A stretch of DNA of 64,000 bases from an uncultured Pelagibacteraceae bacterium (lineage in GTDB: Bacteria; Pseudomonadota; Alphaproteobacteria; Pelagibacterales; Pelagibacteraceae): positions 17,030-81,029 of the forward strand of contig CACIUJ010000001.1 of NCBI GenBank assembly GCA_902589795.1, in the 5' to 3' direction. The position numbers and the translations under genes are program-made. The notes beneath the pieces are model-generated. The model worked only from the letters and a program-made list of their open reading frames with translations. It was not told where the DNA came from and did not search any database. The stretch's first letter is position 1, and each line of letters opens with the position of its first letter. This document shows, in pieces, positions 9,370 through 17,798 of this stretch.

Positions 9370-10839
9370 CTACGGTAAACAATCCAAATAGGTATCAAGA
9401 TCCCATTGAGTAGTAGCACCTAAGAATTTTTCCCATTCGTCATTTTTATACCAATGAAAAACTTTATACATTTCATCTGGCATCGCTGATTTAATAACTT
9501 CATCTTCTGCTAATCTGTCTAAAGCCTCTCCTAAACTTAATGGAAGTTTTTTGACATCTTTACCTGCTTTTTTAGCTTCATACATACTTCTAGATTCAGG
9601 CTTAGAAGGTGTTAGTTTTTTTGAAATACCATGATCACACGCTTTTAATAAAGCTGCACCTAAAAGATATGGATTATGCATAGAGTCAACTGATCTATAC
9701 TCAAATCTTCCAGGAGCTGATACTCTTAAACCGCAAGTTCTATTTTGATATCCCCAATCAGCATAAACTGGTGCCCAGAAACCTTGATCCCAAAGTCTTC
9801 TGTAAGAATTAACTGTTGAAGATCCTAAAGCAGTTAAAGCAGGCAAGTGTTCCATTATTCCAGCAATGGACTGTAAACCAATTTTACCTGGTAGTTGCAT
9901 ATCTTTAGTATCAGGCATAAAAGTATTTGTGCCTCCCTGTACATAACCAAACACCTCTTCTACTCCAGGTAATTTTTTATTACCTAATTTGTTTGTTACA
10001 ACTTTTCCACCTTTCCATAAAGACATGTTTGTATGGCAACCACTTGCAGATACACCCATAAAAGGTTTTGTCATAAAGCATGCTATTAAATTATGTTCTC
10101 TAGCAACTTGCGCACAAATTTGTCTGTAAGTAGAAAGTCTATCGGCGTTTCTTAAAACATTATCGTATGTCCAGTTTAATTCTAATTGTCCCGGAGCATC
10201 TTCATGGTCACCTTGAATCATATCTAAACCCATAGCTGAAGCGTACTCAATTACTTTCATAAACACAGGTCTCAATGATTCAAATTGATCAATGTGATAA
10301 CAGTATGGTTTAGAAAAACCTGATCCAGTAGGGGTTCCGTCAGGATTTTTTGTTAACCACATCATTTCAGGTTCAGTTCCAACTCTCAATTCTAATCCAT
10401 GTTTTTTCTCAAATTCATCCATAAATATTCTGAGATTTCCTCGACAATCGGAGGTTAAATGTCCTCCTGGATTTTGTCTTTCTTCTCTGTTTCTAAAACA
10501 TGTAACAAAAACTCTTCCAATTCTTTTATCCCAAGGTAATTGACAGAAAGTTTCAGGGTCAGGTATACCAACAAGTTCCATAGCTTCAGGGCCGTAACCG
10601 ATATAATTTTTGTGTCTGTCTACAAATAAATTGGCAGTAGATCCATAAACTAATTGAAAACCTTTTTCCGCAGTTCTTTCCCAATGGTCTGCGGGAATTC
10701 CTTTACCAACAACACGTCCTGTGACAGATATAAATTGGTAATAAATGTATGTAATTCCTAATTCGTTAATTTTTTCTCTAACTTTTTTAACTAATTTATC
10801 ACGTCCTGGCTGGTTAACGTGTTTTTCTAGGTCTGTCAT
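9370..10839 (-). CDS. gmaS: Glutamine-synthetase-family ligase; gamma-glutamylmethylamide synthetase candidate by synteny
   Basis: 489 aa. GS motifs: 'SGCHTNMSLW', 'VNSYRRL', 'RFEYRSVDSMHNPYL'. Lies immediately upstream of mgsABC with a strong Shine-Dalgarno sequence (GGGAGGA). The symbol rests on gene context only; the other GS-like paralog (2475-3800) could be the true GmaS. Confidence 0.7.
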   Translation of the reverse strand: MTDLEKHVNQPGRDKLVKKVREKINELGITYIYYQFISVTGRVVGKGIPADHWERTAEKGFQLVYGSTANLFVDRHKNYIGYGPEAMELVGIPDPETFCQLPWDKRIGRVFVTCFRNREERQNPGGHLTSDCRGNLRIFMDEFEKKHGLELRVGTEPEMMWLTKNPDGTPTGSGFSKPYCYHIDQFESLRPVFMKVIEYASAMGLDMIQGDHEDAPGQLELNWTYDNVLRNADRLSTYRQICAQVAREHNLIACFMTKPFMGVSASGCHTNMSLWKGGKVVTNKLGNKKLPGVEEVFGYVQGGTNTFMPDTKDMQLPGKIGLQSIAGIMEHLPALTALGSSTVNSYRRLWDQGFWAPVYADWGYQNRTCGLRVSAPGRFEYRSVDSMHNPYLLGAALLKACDHGISKKLTPSKPESRSMYEAKKAGKDVKKLPLSLGEALDRLAEDEVIKSAMPDEMYKVFHWYKNDEWEKFLGATTQWDLDTYLDCLP

Positions 10840-10920
10840 AAAACTAATCCTCCCTCAAAGATTGTTATAAAACTTATTACTTAGAAATATGTTAGCTGAA
10901 AAACAAATACTCGTCTAGAT

Positions 10921-12267
10921 TTAGCTCCAAGGAAATGGGCTGCTAGATACAGGGTGCAATTCGCCTTTCGCGTAGCGATTGAATCTGAAAGGCTTAAGTA
11001 AAGTACTTTCTTTTCCCAAAAGTTCGTCGGAAACAAGATCTCCTACTCCTATCATTTTGTATCCGTGGTTGGAGTCAGCAATCATATAAACATTTTCACA
11101 AAACCTATCAAACACAGGAAAAGAATCTGGAGTAAAACACCCAAGTCCTCCTGATGGTCCTTTGTGATAAACAGCACTTTTTCCTTTAAATCTTTTTTGA
11201 CAATGTGCAAGAGCAGAAGTCCACATATGCGCAAATTCCTCCGTTGTTTGATATTCTGGAGAGTCTGGTCCATAGGGATCTACTTTAACTTCATCAACAG
11301 GTTTTATAATTTTGTAAGGCGCTGAACCTCCTTGAACACCTTTAAAATTAAAGTCTGGTTTATAATATATACCCCACATTTTATCTGTAATTAATGAACC
11401 ATCTACGTCTGAATATAAATGAGCATCACTATCAACATGAATTACTGGAGGCATCTTACCATCATCAGTTTTTTGCATATTTGGATCAACACCAAGCACA
11501 CCTTCAGTTAACATCCAGTATATCCACATTGGATAATCCTTATGAATTTTACCTTTTTCATCTCTAATTGAAATTTTTTTAGGTAATTCCAGCATATCCC
11601 AAAATCTTTTTACCCAAGGGCCAGCTCCTATAATTACTTGCTCGCAATCAATAGTTCCTTTTGAAGTTACTACTCCCGTCACAGCTTTACTATTACTTCC
11701 TCTTTTAAAACCTGTAACTTCTGTACCTGTTATAATTCTTGTTCCACAACTTTCTGCTTTGTTTGCTAATCCATAAATTGCAGCGGTATTATTTGCATAT
11801 CCGCCTCTTTTTTCATGGAGAACCGAAGTTATTCCCTTAGCTTGCCAATCATGAAACATATTTTTCATATATTTCATTGAGTCATTTTTTCCTTCTATAA
11901 ACTCAGAATCATAACCGATAGCTTTTTGTTGGTCATAAATACTTGCAACATCTTTGTGCATACTTTCTGGACTTATCTGCATATAACCTACCGGGTGATA
12001 GCTAAAATTTTTTGGATCACTTTCCCAAATTTTAACACTGTGCACCATTAATTCTCTCATAGCGGGTTGGAAATAATTATTTCTAACTACACCACAAGCA
12101 ACTCCGCTTGCGCCAGAAGCTATTCCACTTTTATCTAAAACAACTATATCGTTGTTTGAACCATTACCATTTTTTTTCTTGAGTTTTTGTGAAAGATGCC
12201 AAGCTGTACTTAATCCATGAATTCCAGCACCTATAATTACATATTTTGCTTTTTTTGGAAATGCCAT
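10921..12267 (-). CDS. FAD-dependent oxidoreductase, DAO (SoxB/PuuB/MgdA-like) family, stand-alone
   Basis: 448 aa. N-terminal dinucleotide fold 'YVIIGAGIHGLSTAWHL', then 'GASGVACGVVR', 'VIIGAGPW' and a C-terminal 'HGYKMIGVG'. Starts 1 nt after the tdm stop, so it is co-transcribed with tdm. Confidence 0.8.
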   Translation of the reverse strand: MAFPKKAKYVIIGAGIHGLSTAWHLSQKLKKKNGNGSNNDIVVLDKSGIASGASGVACGVVRNNYFQPAMRELMVHSVKIWESDPKNFSYHPVGYMQISPESMHKDVASIYDQQKAIGYDSEFIEGKNDSMKYMKNMFHDWQAKGITSVLHEKRGGYANNTAAIYGLANKAESCGTRIITGTEVTGFKRGSNSKAVTGVVTSKGTIDCEQVIIGAGPWVKRFWDMLELPKKISIRDEKGKIHKDYPMWIYWMLTEGVLGVDPNMQKTDDGKMPPVIHVDSDAHLYSDVDGSLITDKMWGIYYKPDFNFKGVQGGSAPYKIIKPVDEVKVDPYGPDSPEYQTTEEFAHMWTSALAHCQKRFKGKSAVYHKGPSGGLGCFTPDSFPVFDRFCENVYMIADSNHGYKMIGVGDLVSDELLGKESTLLKPFRFNRYAKGELHPVSSSPFPWS

Positions 12268-12268
12268 A

Positions 12269-14614
12269 TTATGATTTTACCTTTGTTTTTTCAGGATCAT
12301 AAAAAGGAAATTTTACTACTTTTGCTTCAATTCTTTTTTGATGACCATCAATTTTACCAACCTCAACTTTTGTTCCTATATCTGAATATTTAACATCCAT
12401 TCTACAAAGAGCAATATTCTTATTTAGCACAGGTGATATCATTCCACTAGTTATTATACCAACAGTAGCTCTTCCTACGTGCACCCCATCACCGTTTGCT
12501 GCTTGCTCCTTACCTATTAGTTCTAGACCAACAAGTTTTTTTTGTGGAGAAGCTTTTCTTTTTACTAGGGCTTCTTTTCCTACAAAATCATCTTCTTTAG
12601 TTTTTAGCGCAACAGAAAAACCAATACCTGCTTCAAAAGGATCGGTTTGGTCATTGAATTCAAAACCTCCAAAAATTAATCCAGCTTCGATTCTAACCAT
12701 GTCTAAACCTTCAAGCCCCATTGGAGCAATACCTAAATCTTTTCCACACTCCCATACTTTATCCCAAACTTGCGAAGCATCCTTTGGATGACACCATAAT
12801 TCAAAACCTAATTCACCAGTATAACCAGTTCTAGAAATCATCAAGGGAGTTCCTAAATGATCACCTATTCTTCCTATAGTAAATCTAAACCATTGAAGTT
12901 CATTTATCGTTGGTTGAGCAGGCGGAGTCCAAAAAAATTTTTCTAAAATTTTTCTACTATTAGGTCCTTGAACAGAGATATTATGGATTTGATCTGTTGA
13001 AGATTTTACCCAAACTTTATAATTTTTTTTCTTTGCTAATTCTCTTAACCATTCACCACCGTATTCTTGGCCACCAATCCATCTAAACATTTCTTTACCA
13101 AGACGGAATACCGTACCATCATCTACCATACCTCCGTGCTCATAACACATGGCAGCATAACTCACTTGTCCAATTGCAATTTTTTTAACATTTCTTGTTA
13201 GAGCGTATTGCATCAAACTTTCTGAATCTGGTCCAACTATTTCAAACTTTCTTAAAGGCGATAAGTCAATGGCAATAGCTTTTTCTCTACACGCAGTATA
13301 TTCCTTAATAGTTCCGTAATTTGTATAATTATTTGCTAACCAATAACCATTATAATCAATAAAATTTCTAGTTAGTTTTGATGTTTTTTTGTGAAATCCT
13401 GTTTCTTGAGTTAATTTAGGTTCCGAATCTGTTTTCATCCTGAATGCCACTGCTTTTGAAAATTCTTTTTTCTTATCATAAACTCTAACAAAAATATCAG
13501 TTGGATCCCACCCATTGCAATCGTCAATATCACTAGGACATGCAGTAGTTCCGCAAGTTAAGTCTTTTAAAGCACGTAATAATACATAGTCTCCAGGTCT
13601 AGCCCACGATTCTCCTCCAATTACAGCATTTTGTGCATTGGCAATAGTATTAAAAAAAAGGTTTATAGCAGGCCAGCCTTTTCTTTTTTCAATTTCATGC
13701 TTTTCTAAAGCCTTATTTAAATTATCAGAGCAGTTTACATGACCAAAGTATCCTGCGTCTTCGTAATATTTCGAGGTGCACGCTAAATTAAATGTATCAT
13801 GTCTTCCCACGGTATCTCTTACTACCTCAAGCATTGGATCTTGATCCATATCAAAAAATTTCGAAAACAAACCAGGCGCAGGATAAAGTGCACCCATGAA
13901 TGTTCTTGTTGTTAATGGGTCTAATCCGCGCTCTATTCCTTTTTCTAATTTAGCTGTATCAAAAGCTAAAAAATCTGAACACTGCCTTCCAAAAGGATTT
14001 ATAATTTGGATGTAATCTCCTTTTTTAACCTGGTATTCAACAGCCGTGCTGTGCTCAATAAGTATTTCATTGAGTGGATCTACTAGAGGCTCGGGAATAT
14101 TAGCTTTATCTTTATATTTGTTTGGTTTTGATCGTTCGATCATTAAAAGTAAATCTGTAGGAGGATTTTGTTCATCTATTTTCATTTCATTACCGGGGGC
14201 AGAAAATATGCAAGTGCATTTATCTTTGGAAACTAAATTTACTTTTTCACCTGCATTAGAATCATCACTAAATAAAATTGACGCTTTTGCTTTTCCTACA
14301 TCTAAATTTCTTTTTTTTAATGTGCTTGAAGCCTGAAAAGCACTTTCATTTTTATCAGATAAAATCTTTTTTATATTTTTTGGATCATTTTTTTCTTTCA
14401 GTCCTAACAAACTACAGTCAGGTTTTCCGTTTTTATTAAAAACAATTACTTCACACTTTTGTTTTCCTTCGGTATCTGTTATTTCTACTTTATCATCTGG
14501 ATCTAGAGTGACTACAGAAAGCCCTCCTCCTTTTACTAAGTATCTTTCAACTCCTGGTGGTAAAGTTCTAAGACCTGGATCCCTAATATCCATGCTAGTG
14601 AAATTTTTATCCAT
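12269..14614 (-). CDS. tdm: Trimethylamine N-oxide demethylase (DUF1989 N-terminal domain fused to a GcvT-type THF-binding domain)
   Basis: 781 aa. The N-terminal half resembles urea-carboxylase-associated/DUF1989 proteins ('GDYIQIINPFGRQCSDFLAFD'). The C-terminal half is an aminomethyltransferase fold ('IDLSPLRKFEIVGPDS', 'SRTGYTGELGFELW'). Neighbours are the tmoX/W/V transporter and tmm, matching the described Tdm architecture and context. Confidence 0.85.
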   Translation of the reverse strand: MDKNFTSMDIRDPGLRTLPPGVERYLVKGGGLSVVTLDPDDKVEITDTEGKQKCEVIVFNKNGKPDCSLLGLKEKNDPKNIKKILSDKNESAFQASSTLKKRNLDVGKAKASILFSDDSNAGEKVNLVSKDKCTCIFSAPGNEMKIDEQNPPTDLLLMIERSKPNKYKDKANIPEPLVDPLNEILIEHSTAVEYQVKKGDYIQIINPFGRQCSDFLAFDTAKLEKGIERGLDPLTTRTFMGALYPAPGLFSKFFDMDQDPMLEVVRDTVGRHDTFNLACTSKYYEDAGYFGHVNCSDNLNKALEKHEIEKRKGWPAINLFFNTIANAQNAVIGGESWARPGDYVLLRALKDLTCGTTACPSDIDDCNGWDPTDIFVRVYDKKKEFSKAVAFRMKTDSEPKLTQETGFHKKTSKLTRNFIDYNGYWLANNYTNYGTIKEYTACREKAIAIDLSPLRKFEIVGPDSESLMQYALTRNVKKIAIGQVSYAAMCYEHGGMVDDGTVFRLGKEMFRWIGGQEYGGEWLRELAKKKNYKVWVKSSTDQIHNISVQGPNSRKILEKFFWTPPAQPTINELQWFRFTIGRIGDHLGTPLMISRTGYTGELGFELWCHPKDASQVWDKVWECGKDLGIAPMGLEGLDMVRIEAGLIFGGFEFNDQTDPFEAGIGFSVALKTKEDDFVGKEALVKRKASPQKKLVGLELIGKEQAANGDGVHVGRATVGIITSGMISPVLNKNIALCRMDVKYSDIGTKVEVGKIDGHQKRIEAKVVKFPFYDPEKTKVKS

Positions 14615-14658
14615 ATATTTCCATACTATATCAGCACTAAATTTCTAAGCAATGTTCA

Positions 14659-14687
14659 TTGACTCATGAAAAATGAGCACATAGACT
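14659..14687 (+). promoter_or_regulatory. Putative sigma70-type promoter for tmoX with an embedded small inverted repeat
   Basis: TTGACT (14659-14664), a 17-nt spacer, then TAGACT (14682-14687), about 30 nt upstream of the tmoX ATG (Shine-Dalgarno sequence GGGGGA). The inverted repeat CTCAT-N5-ATGAG (14663-14677) lies between the two hexamers. Pattern match only. Confidence 0.3.
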
Positions 14688-14718
14688 TTGAATAATTAAT
14701 GTTAAATGGGGGAAAAAT

Positions 14719-15669
14719 ATGACTAAAAAAAACCAACCGATACTTATAATCGGTGTAATAATAATTATAGCAGTTATCATATATCTATTTACACAAACAG
14801 ATAGAAAAGTAGCTGACGGTTCTGGAGATAGCAGTGCGCCCATCGTAATCCCTACACACAATTGGTCAAGCCAAGTGGTTATGGCTTACGTAATTGGTGG
14901 TATCTTTGAAAAGAACGGTAACAATGTTAAATATGTACCGGCTGACTCTCAAGCAGTTTACGAATCAATTCGTATTGGCGATGTAACTATATCGCACGAA
15001 GTTTGGGAATCTGCTTTTGGTAAATCATTTACTACTGCTCTTGATAAAGGGGGTATACTTGACTGGGGAGATCACGAAGCAAGAACTCTTGAAGATATGG
15101 GATATCCAAACTGGGTTGCTGAATTATGCCCAGGTCTACCAGACTGGAATGCTCTAAAAAGTCCTGAATGCGCTAAGAACTTTGTAACACCTGACTCAGG
15201 TGGAAAAGGACGTATGTTAGAAGGTCCACAAACTTGGCATGGAGATTTAATACCTCAAAGAATTGAAGCTTTAGGTTTAGGGGATCTTTGGACAGTTAAA
15301 TTTGCTGGAAGTGCAGATGCACTTTGGGCAGAATTAGAAGCAGCTAAAAAAGAAGGAAGAGGAACTATAATATTCAACTGGACACCAAACTTTACAGATG
15401 GTGCTGGTTTTACATTTATAGACTTCCCTCCATACACTGCGGGTTGCAGACCAGTAGATGGTGGTGACGGAAAATGTGGTTCGCCAGATGGTTATTTGAA
15501 AAAGGCTGTAAATGCAGACTTTCCAAAAACTCATCCAAGTGCGGCAGCTATTTTCAAGAAAATGTCATTCTCTACAAGTCAAATTGGTGCAATGGCAGCT
15601 TTAGTTGACATTGACAAAATGACTCACGAAGATGCAGCTAAAAAATGGCTAGCTGATAATGGCTACTAG
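14719..15669 (+). CDS. tmoX: Betaine-type (OpuAC/ProX family) ABC substrate-binding protein; TMAO-binding TmoX candidate
   Basis: 316 aa with an N-terminal membrane anchor/signal 'ILIIGVIIIIAVIIYLF'. The OpuAC-like domain is rich in Trp and aromatic residues ('HNWSSQ', 'WESAFG', 'NWTPNF'). Divergent from tdm and upstream of an ABC ATPase, a fused permease and tmm. Confidence 0.8.
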   Translation: MTKKNQPILIIGVIIIIAVIIYLFTQTDRKVADGSGDSSAPIVIPTHNWSSQVVMAYVIGGIFEKNGNNVKYVPADSQAVYESIRIGDVTISHEVWESAFGKSFTTALDKGGILDWGDHEARTLEDMGYPNWVAELCPGLPDWNALKSPECAKNFVTPDSGGKGRMLEGPQTWHGDLIPQRIEALGLGDLWTVKFAGSADALWAELEAAKKEGRGTIIFNWTPNFTDGAGFTFIDFPPYTAGCRPVDGGDGKCGSPDGYLKKAVNADFPKTHPSAAAIFKKMSFSTSQIGAMAALVDIDKMTHEDAAKKWLADNGY

Positions 15670-15700
15670 TAGCTATTAACAAGAAAGCTAACAAATTATA

Positions 15701-15739
15701 ATCTCCCCCGGCATATTATGTTGGGGGGGATTTTTTTTT
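15701..15739 (+). terminator. Rho-independent terminator/attenuator directly after tmoX
   Basis: Stem ATCTCCCCC (15701-15709) / GGGGGGGAT (15723-15731) with one G-U pair, a 13-nt loop, then a T9 run (15731-15739). Confidence 0.75.
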
Positions 15740-15765
15740 GATATAATTTTGTGTAAAATATAAAA

Positions 15766-16140
15766 ATGAAAAAATATCTCTTTTATATAATTTTAAGTTG
15801 TTTAATTGCGACTTCAGTATCAGCTCGAAAGACAGGTTGTGAAGGAGATTGTGAAAATGGTTTTGGTAAATGGACCTATACAGACAAAACAACTTATGAA
15901 GGGAATTGGGTTGATACAAAAAAAAATGGTCAAGGAGTTGAAACTTGGCCTAATGGATATATTTATAGAGGTGAATTCAAAAATAGTAAGTGGAGCGGAC
16001 AAGGAGTTTTAACTTTTCCAGATGGGTCAACTTATGAAGGAGAGTGGGCCAACGGTTTCATGAACGGAAAAGGAACATTTACTTGGTCTGATGGAAAACA
16101 AAAAACAGGAATTTGGAAAAACGGTCAATTACAAGAATAA
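15766..16140 (+). CDS. Secreted MORN-repeat protein
   Basis: 124 aa. Signal peptide 'MKKYLFYIILSCLIATSVSA', followed by about four tandem MORN-type repeats ('YEGNWVDTKKNGQG', 'YRGEFKNSKWSGQG', 'YEGEWANGFMNGKG', 'KTGIWKNGQ'). Confidence 0.75.
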   Translation: MKKYLFYIILSCLIATSVSARKTGCEGDCENGFGKWTYTDKTTYEGNWVDTKKNGQGVETWPNGYIYRGEFKNSKWSGQGVLTFPDGSTYEGEWANGFMNGKGTFTWSDGKQKTGIWKNGQLQE

Positions 16141-16148
16141 TTAAAATA

Positions 16149-16700
16149 ATGCTACAAGATAGATATTTAAATAAACTAAGGGAGTTACCCGAGCCAATTA
16201 GACAATTTGGTGGTCTTGTTACTATAACGGTTATCGTAATTTTATCTTTTGCTATTTTAAATATTTTTTGGGGTGGTGGTGACGAATTAATTGAAAAAAT
16301 GAAAAAAGAAGAGCAAAGAATTGAAGAAGCAAGAAAACTAAGTGAACTGATTTCAACCCTCCCACCTGGTATTCTAGTATCCTATGAAGGAACTGATCAT
16401 CAAAGATTGTCCGAAAAACAATACGAAGCAGTTTGTAATGCAACAACAATTGTAACTCAGCGTGCTCTTATGGGTGCGAATTTAATAAATTTTCAAGCTC
16501 ATAAAATATATACTATCAATGGTAATAAAATTGATGAAACATTTGTTAAATGGGATAAAGAGAATAAAAAATGTTTTGCTGGTTACACTGTAAGTGGAAA
16601 TAATGTTGGGGTAAATGAAACAATTGATGTTAGTGGAGAGGCTTTAAGTTTTTTTAATACCGGAATTGATACAAGGGTTTATTTTATTAAAAATTTTTAG
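16149..16700 (+). CDS. Hypothetical membrane-anchored protein (183 aa from the ATG at 16149)
   Basis: The ORF-track start (16113) overlaps the MORN gene, so the ATG at 16149 ('MLQDRYLNKL') is more plausible. One N-terminal TM helix 'LVTITVIVILSFAILNIFW', a coiled-coil-like 'EKMKKEEQRIEEARK', then a soluble domain. No recognised family. Confidence 0.5.
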   Translation: MLQDRYLNKLRELPEPIRQFGGLVTITVIVILSFAILNIFWGGGDELIEKMKKEEQRIEEARKLSELISTLPPGILVSYEGTDHQRLSEKQYEAVCNATTIVTQRALMGANLINFQAHKIYTINGNKIDETFVKWDKENKKCFAGYTVSGNNVGVNETIDVSGEALSFFNTGIDTRVYFIKNF

Positions 16701-16763
16701 GGAGGCAAAAACAGTAATTAGTGTGTATATTTATTTTTATTTCGTATAAATTGTTAAAAAATT

Positions 16764-17795
16764 ATGACTGATGCGGTAATTAAATGTGACTCTGTATATA
16801 AAATTTTTGGAGCAAATGCCAAAAAGATGCTCCAAGAAGCAAATGGAAATGTGGACGCAAAAACATTCCAGAAAATGGGATGTATTGTTGGCGTGAATAA
16901 TGCTTCTTTTGAAGTTGCAAAAGGAGAAATGTTAGTTGTAATGGGATTATCTGGTTCAGGAAAATCTACATTATTAAGATGTATTTCTAGATTAACAGAT
17001 GCCACAGATGGAAAAATTTATATAGAAGGTCAAGATTTACTCTCATTAAATAACAAAGAACTAATTGAACTTAGAAGAAATAAAATGGGAATGGTTTTTC
17101 AAAGTTTTGCTTTACTTCCACATAAAACAGTTTTGGAAAATATTGCCTTTCCACTTCAAATTAAAGGAATGGAAACTGAAGATAGTATTAAGAAAGCTGT
17201 GGATATGGTTAAACTTGTTGGTCTTGAGGGAAGGGAAAATTATTTTCCAAGGGAGCTTTCTGGTGGACAACAACAAAGAGTAGGGATCGCACGATCATTA
17301 GCTGTTGAACCTGATATTTGGTTTCTAGACGAACCTTTTTCTGCACTAGACCCATTGATTAGAAAAGAAATGCAAGATGAATTTTTAAGACTTCAAGAAA
17401 AATTACAAAAAACAATCATGTTTATTACTCATGATTTTGACGAAGCATTAAAACTTGCTGATCGCATTGCAATTATGAAAGATGGAGTAATTGAGCAGCT
17501 AGATACGCCAGCAAAAATTGTATTAAATCCAGCGACAGAATATGTAAAAAAATTTACTGAGGAAGTGCCTAGAGAAAAAGTTTTAAAAATAGAAGATGTA
17601 ATGGAAAAACCAAATAATGAAAATTTAGGTGATCTAAAAGTTTCAAAAGACGAGATAATTGAAAATGTTGCTGAAAAAATTTTAACTCAAGAAAAATCAG
17701 TAACTGTAACTGGTGAAAAAAATAAAATTGTTGGAACGGTCCAACCTTCAAAAATAATCCATACTGTTTTTGGAGGAAGAAGAAATAACAGTTAA
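16764..17795 (+). CDS. tmoW: ABC transporter ATP-binding protein, ProV/OpuAA type
   Basis: 343 aa. Walker A 'GLSGSGKST', Q-loop 'MVFQSFALLPH', signature 'LSGGQQQRVGIARSL', Walker B 'IWFLDEPFSALD', H-loop 'ITHDFDEA'. The C-terminal tail looks too short for the tandem CBS domains of classical ProV. Confidence 0.85.
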   Translation: MTDAVIKCDSVYKIFGANAKKMLQEANGNVDAKTFQKMGCIVGVNNASFEVAKGEMLVVMGLSGSGKSTLLRCISRLTDATDGKIYIEGQDLLSLNNKELIELRRNKMGMVFQSFALLPHKTVLENIAFPLQIKGMETEDSIKKAVDMVKLVGLEGRENYFPRELSGGQQQRVGIARSLAVEPDIWFLDEPFSALDPLIRKEMQDEFLRLQEKLQKTIMFITHDFDEALKLADRIAIMKDGVIEQLDTPAKIVLNPATEYVKKFTEEVPREKVLKIEDVMEKPNNENLGDLKVSKDEIIENVAEKILTQEKSVTVTGEKNKIVGTVQPSKIIHTVFGGRRNNS

Positions 17796-17798
17796 ATT

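Noticed and set aside
14664-14861. 65-aa minus-strand ORF spanning the tdm-tmoX spacer and the start of tmoX. Similar short antisense ORFs occur at 15255-15534 and 15716-16012.
   Set aside because: They overlap well-supported genes or the terminator hairpin. No Shine-Dalgarno sequence or motif. Judged to be chance ORFs.
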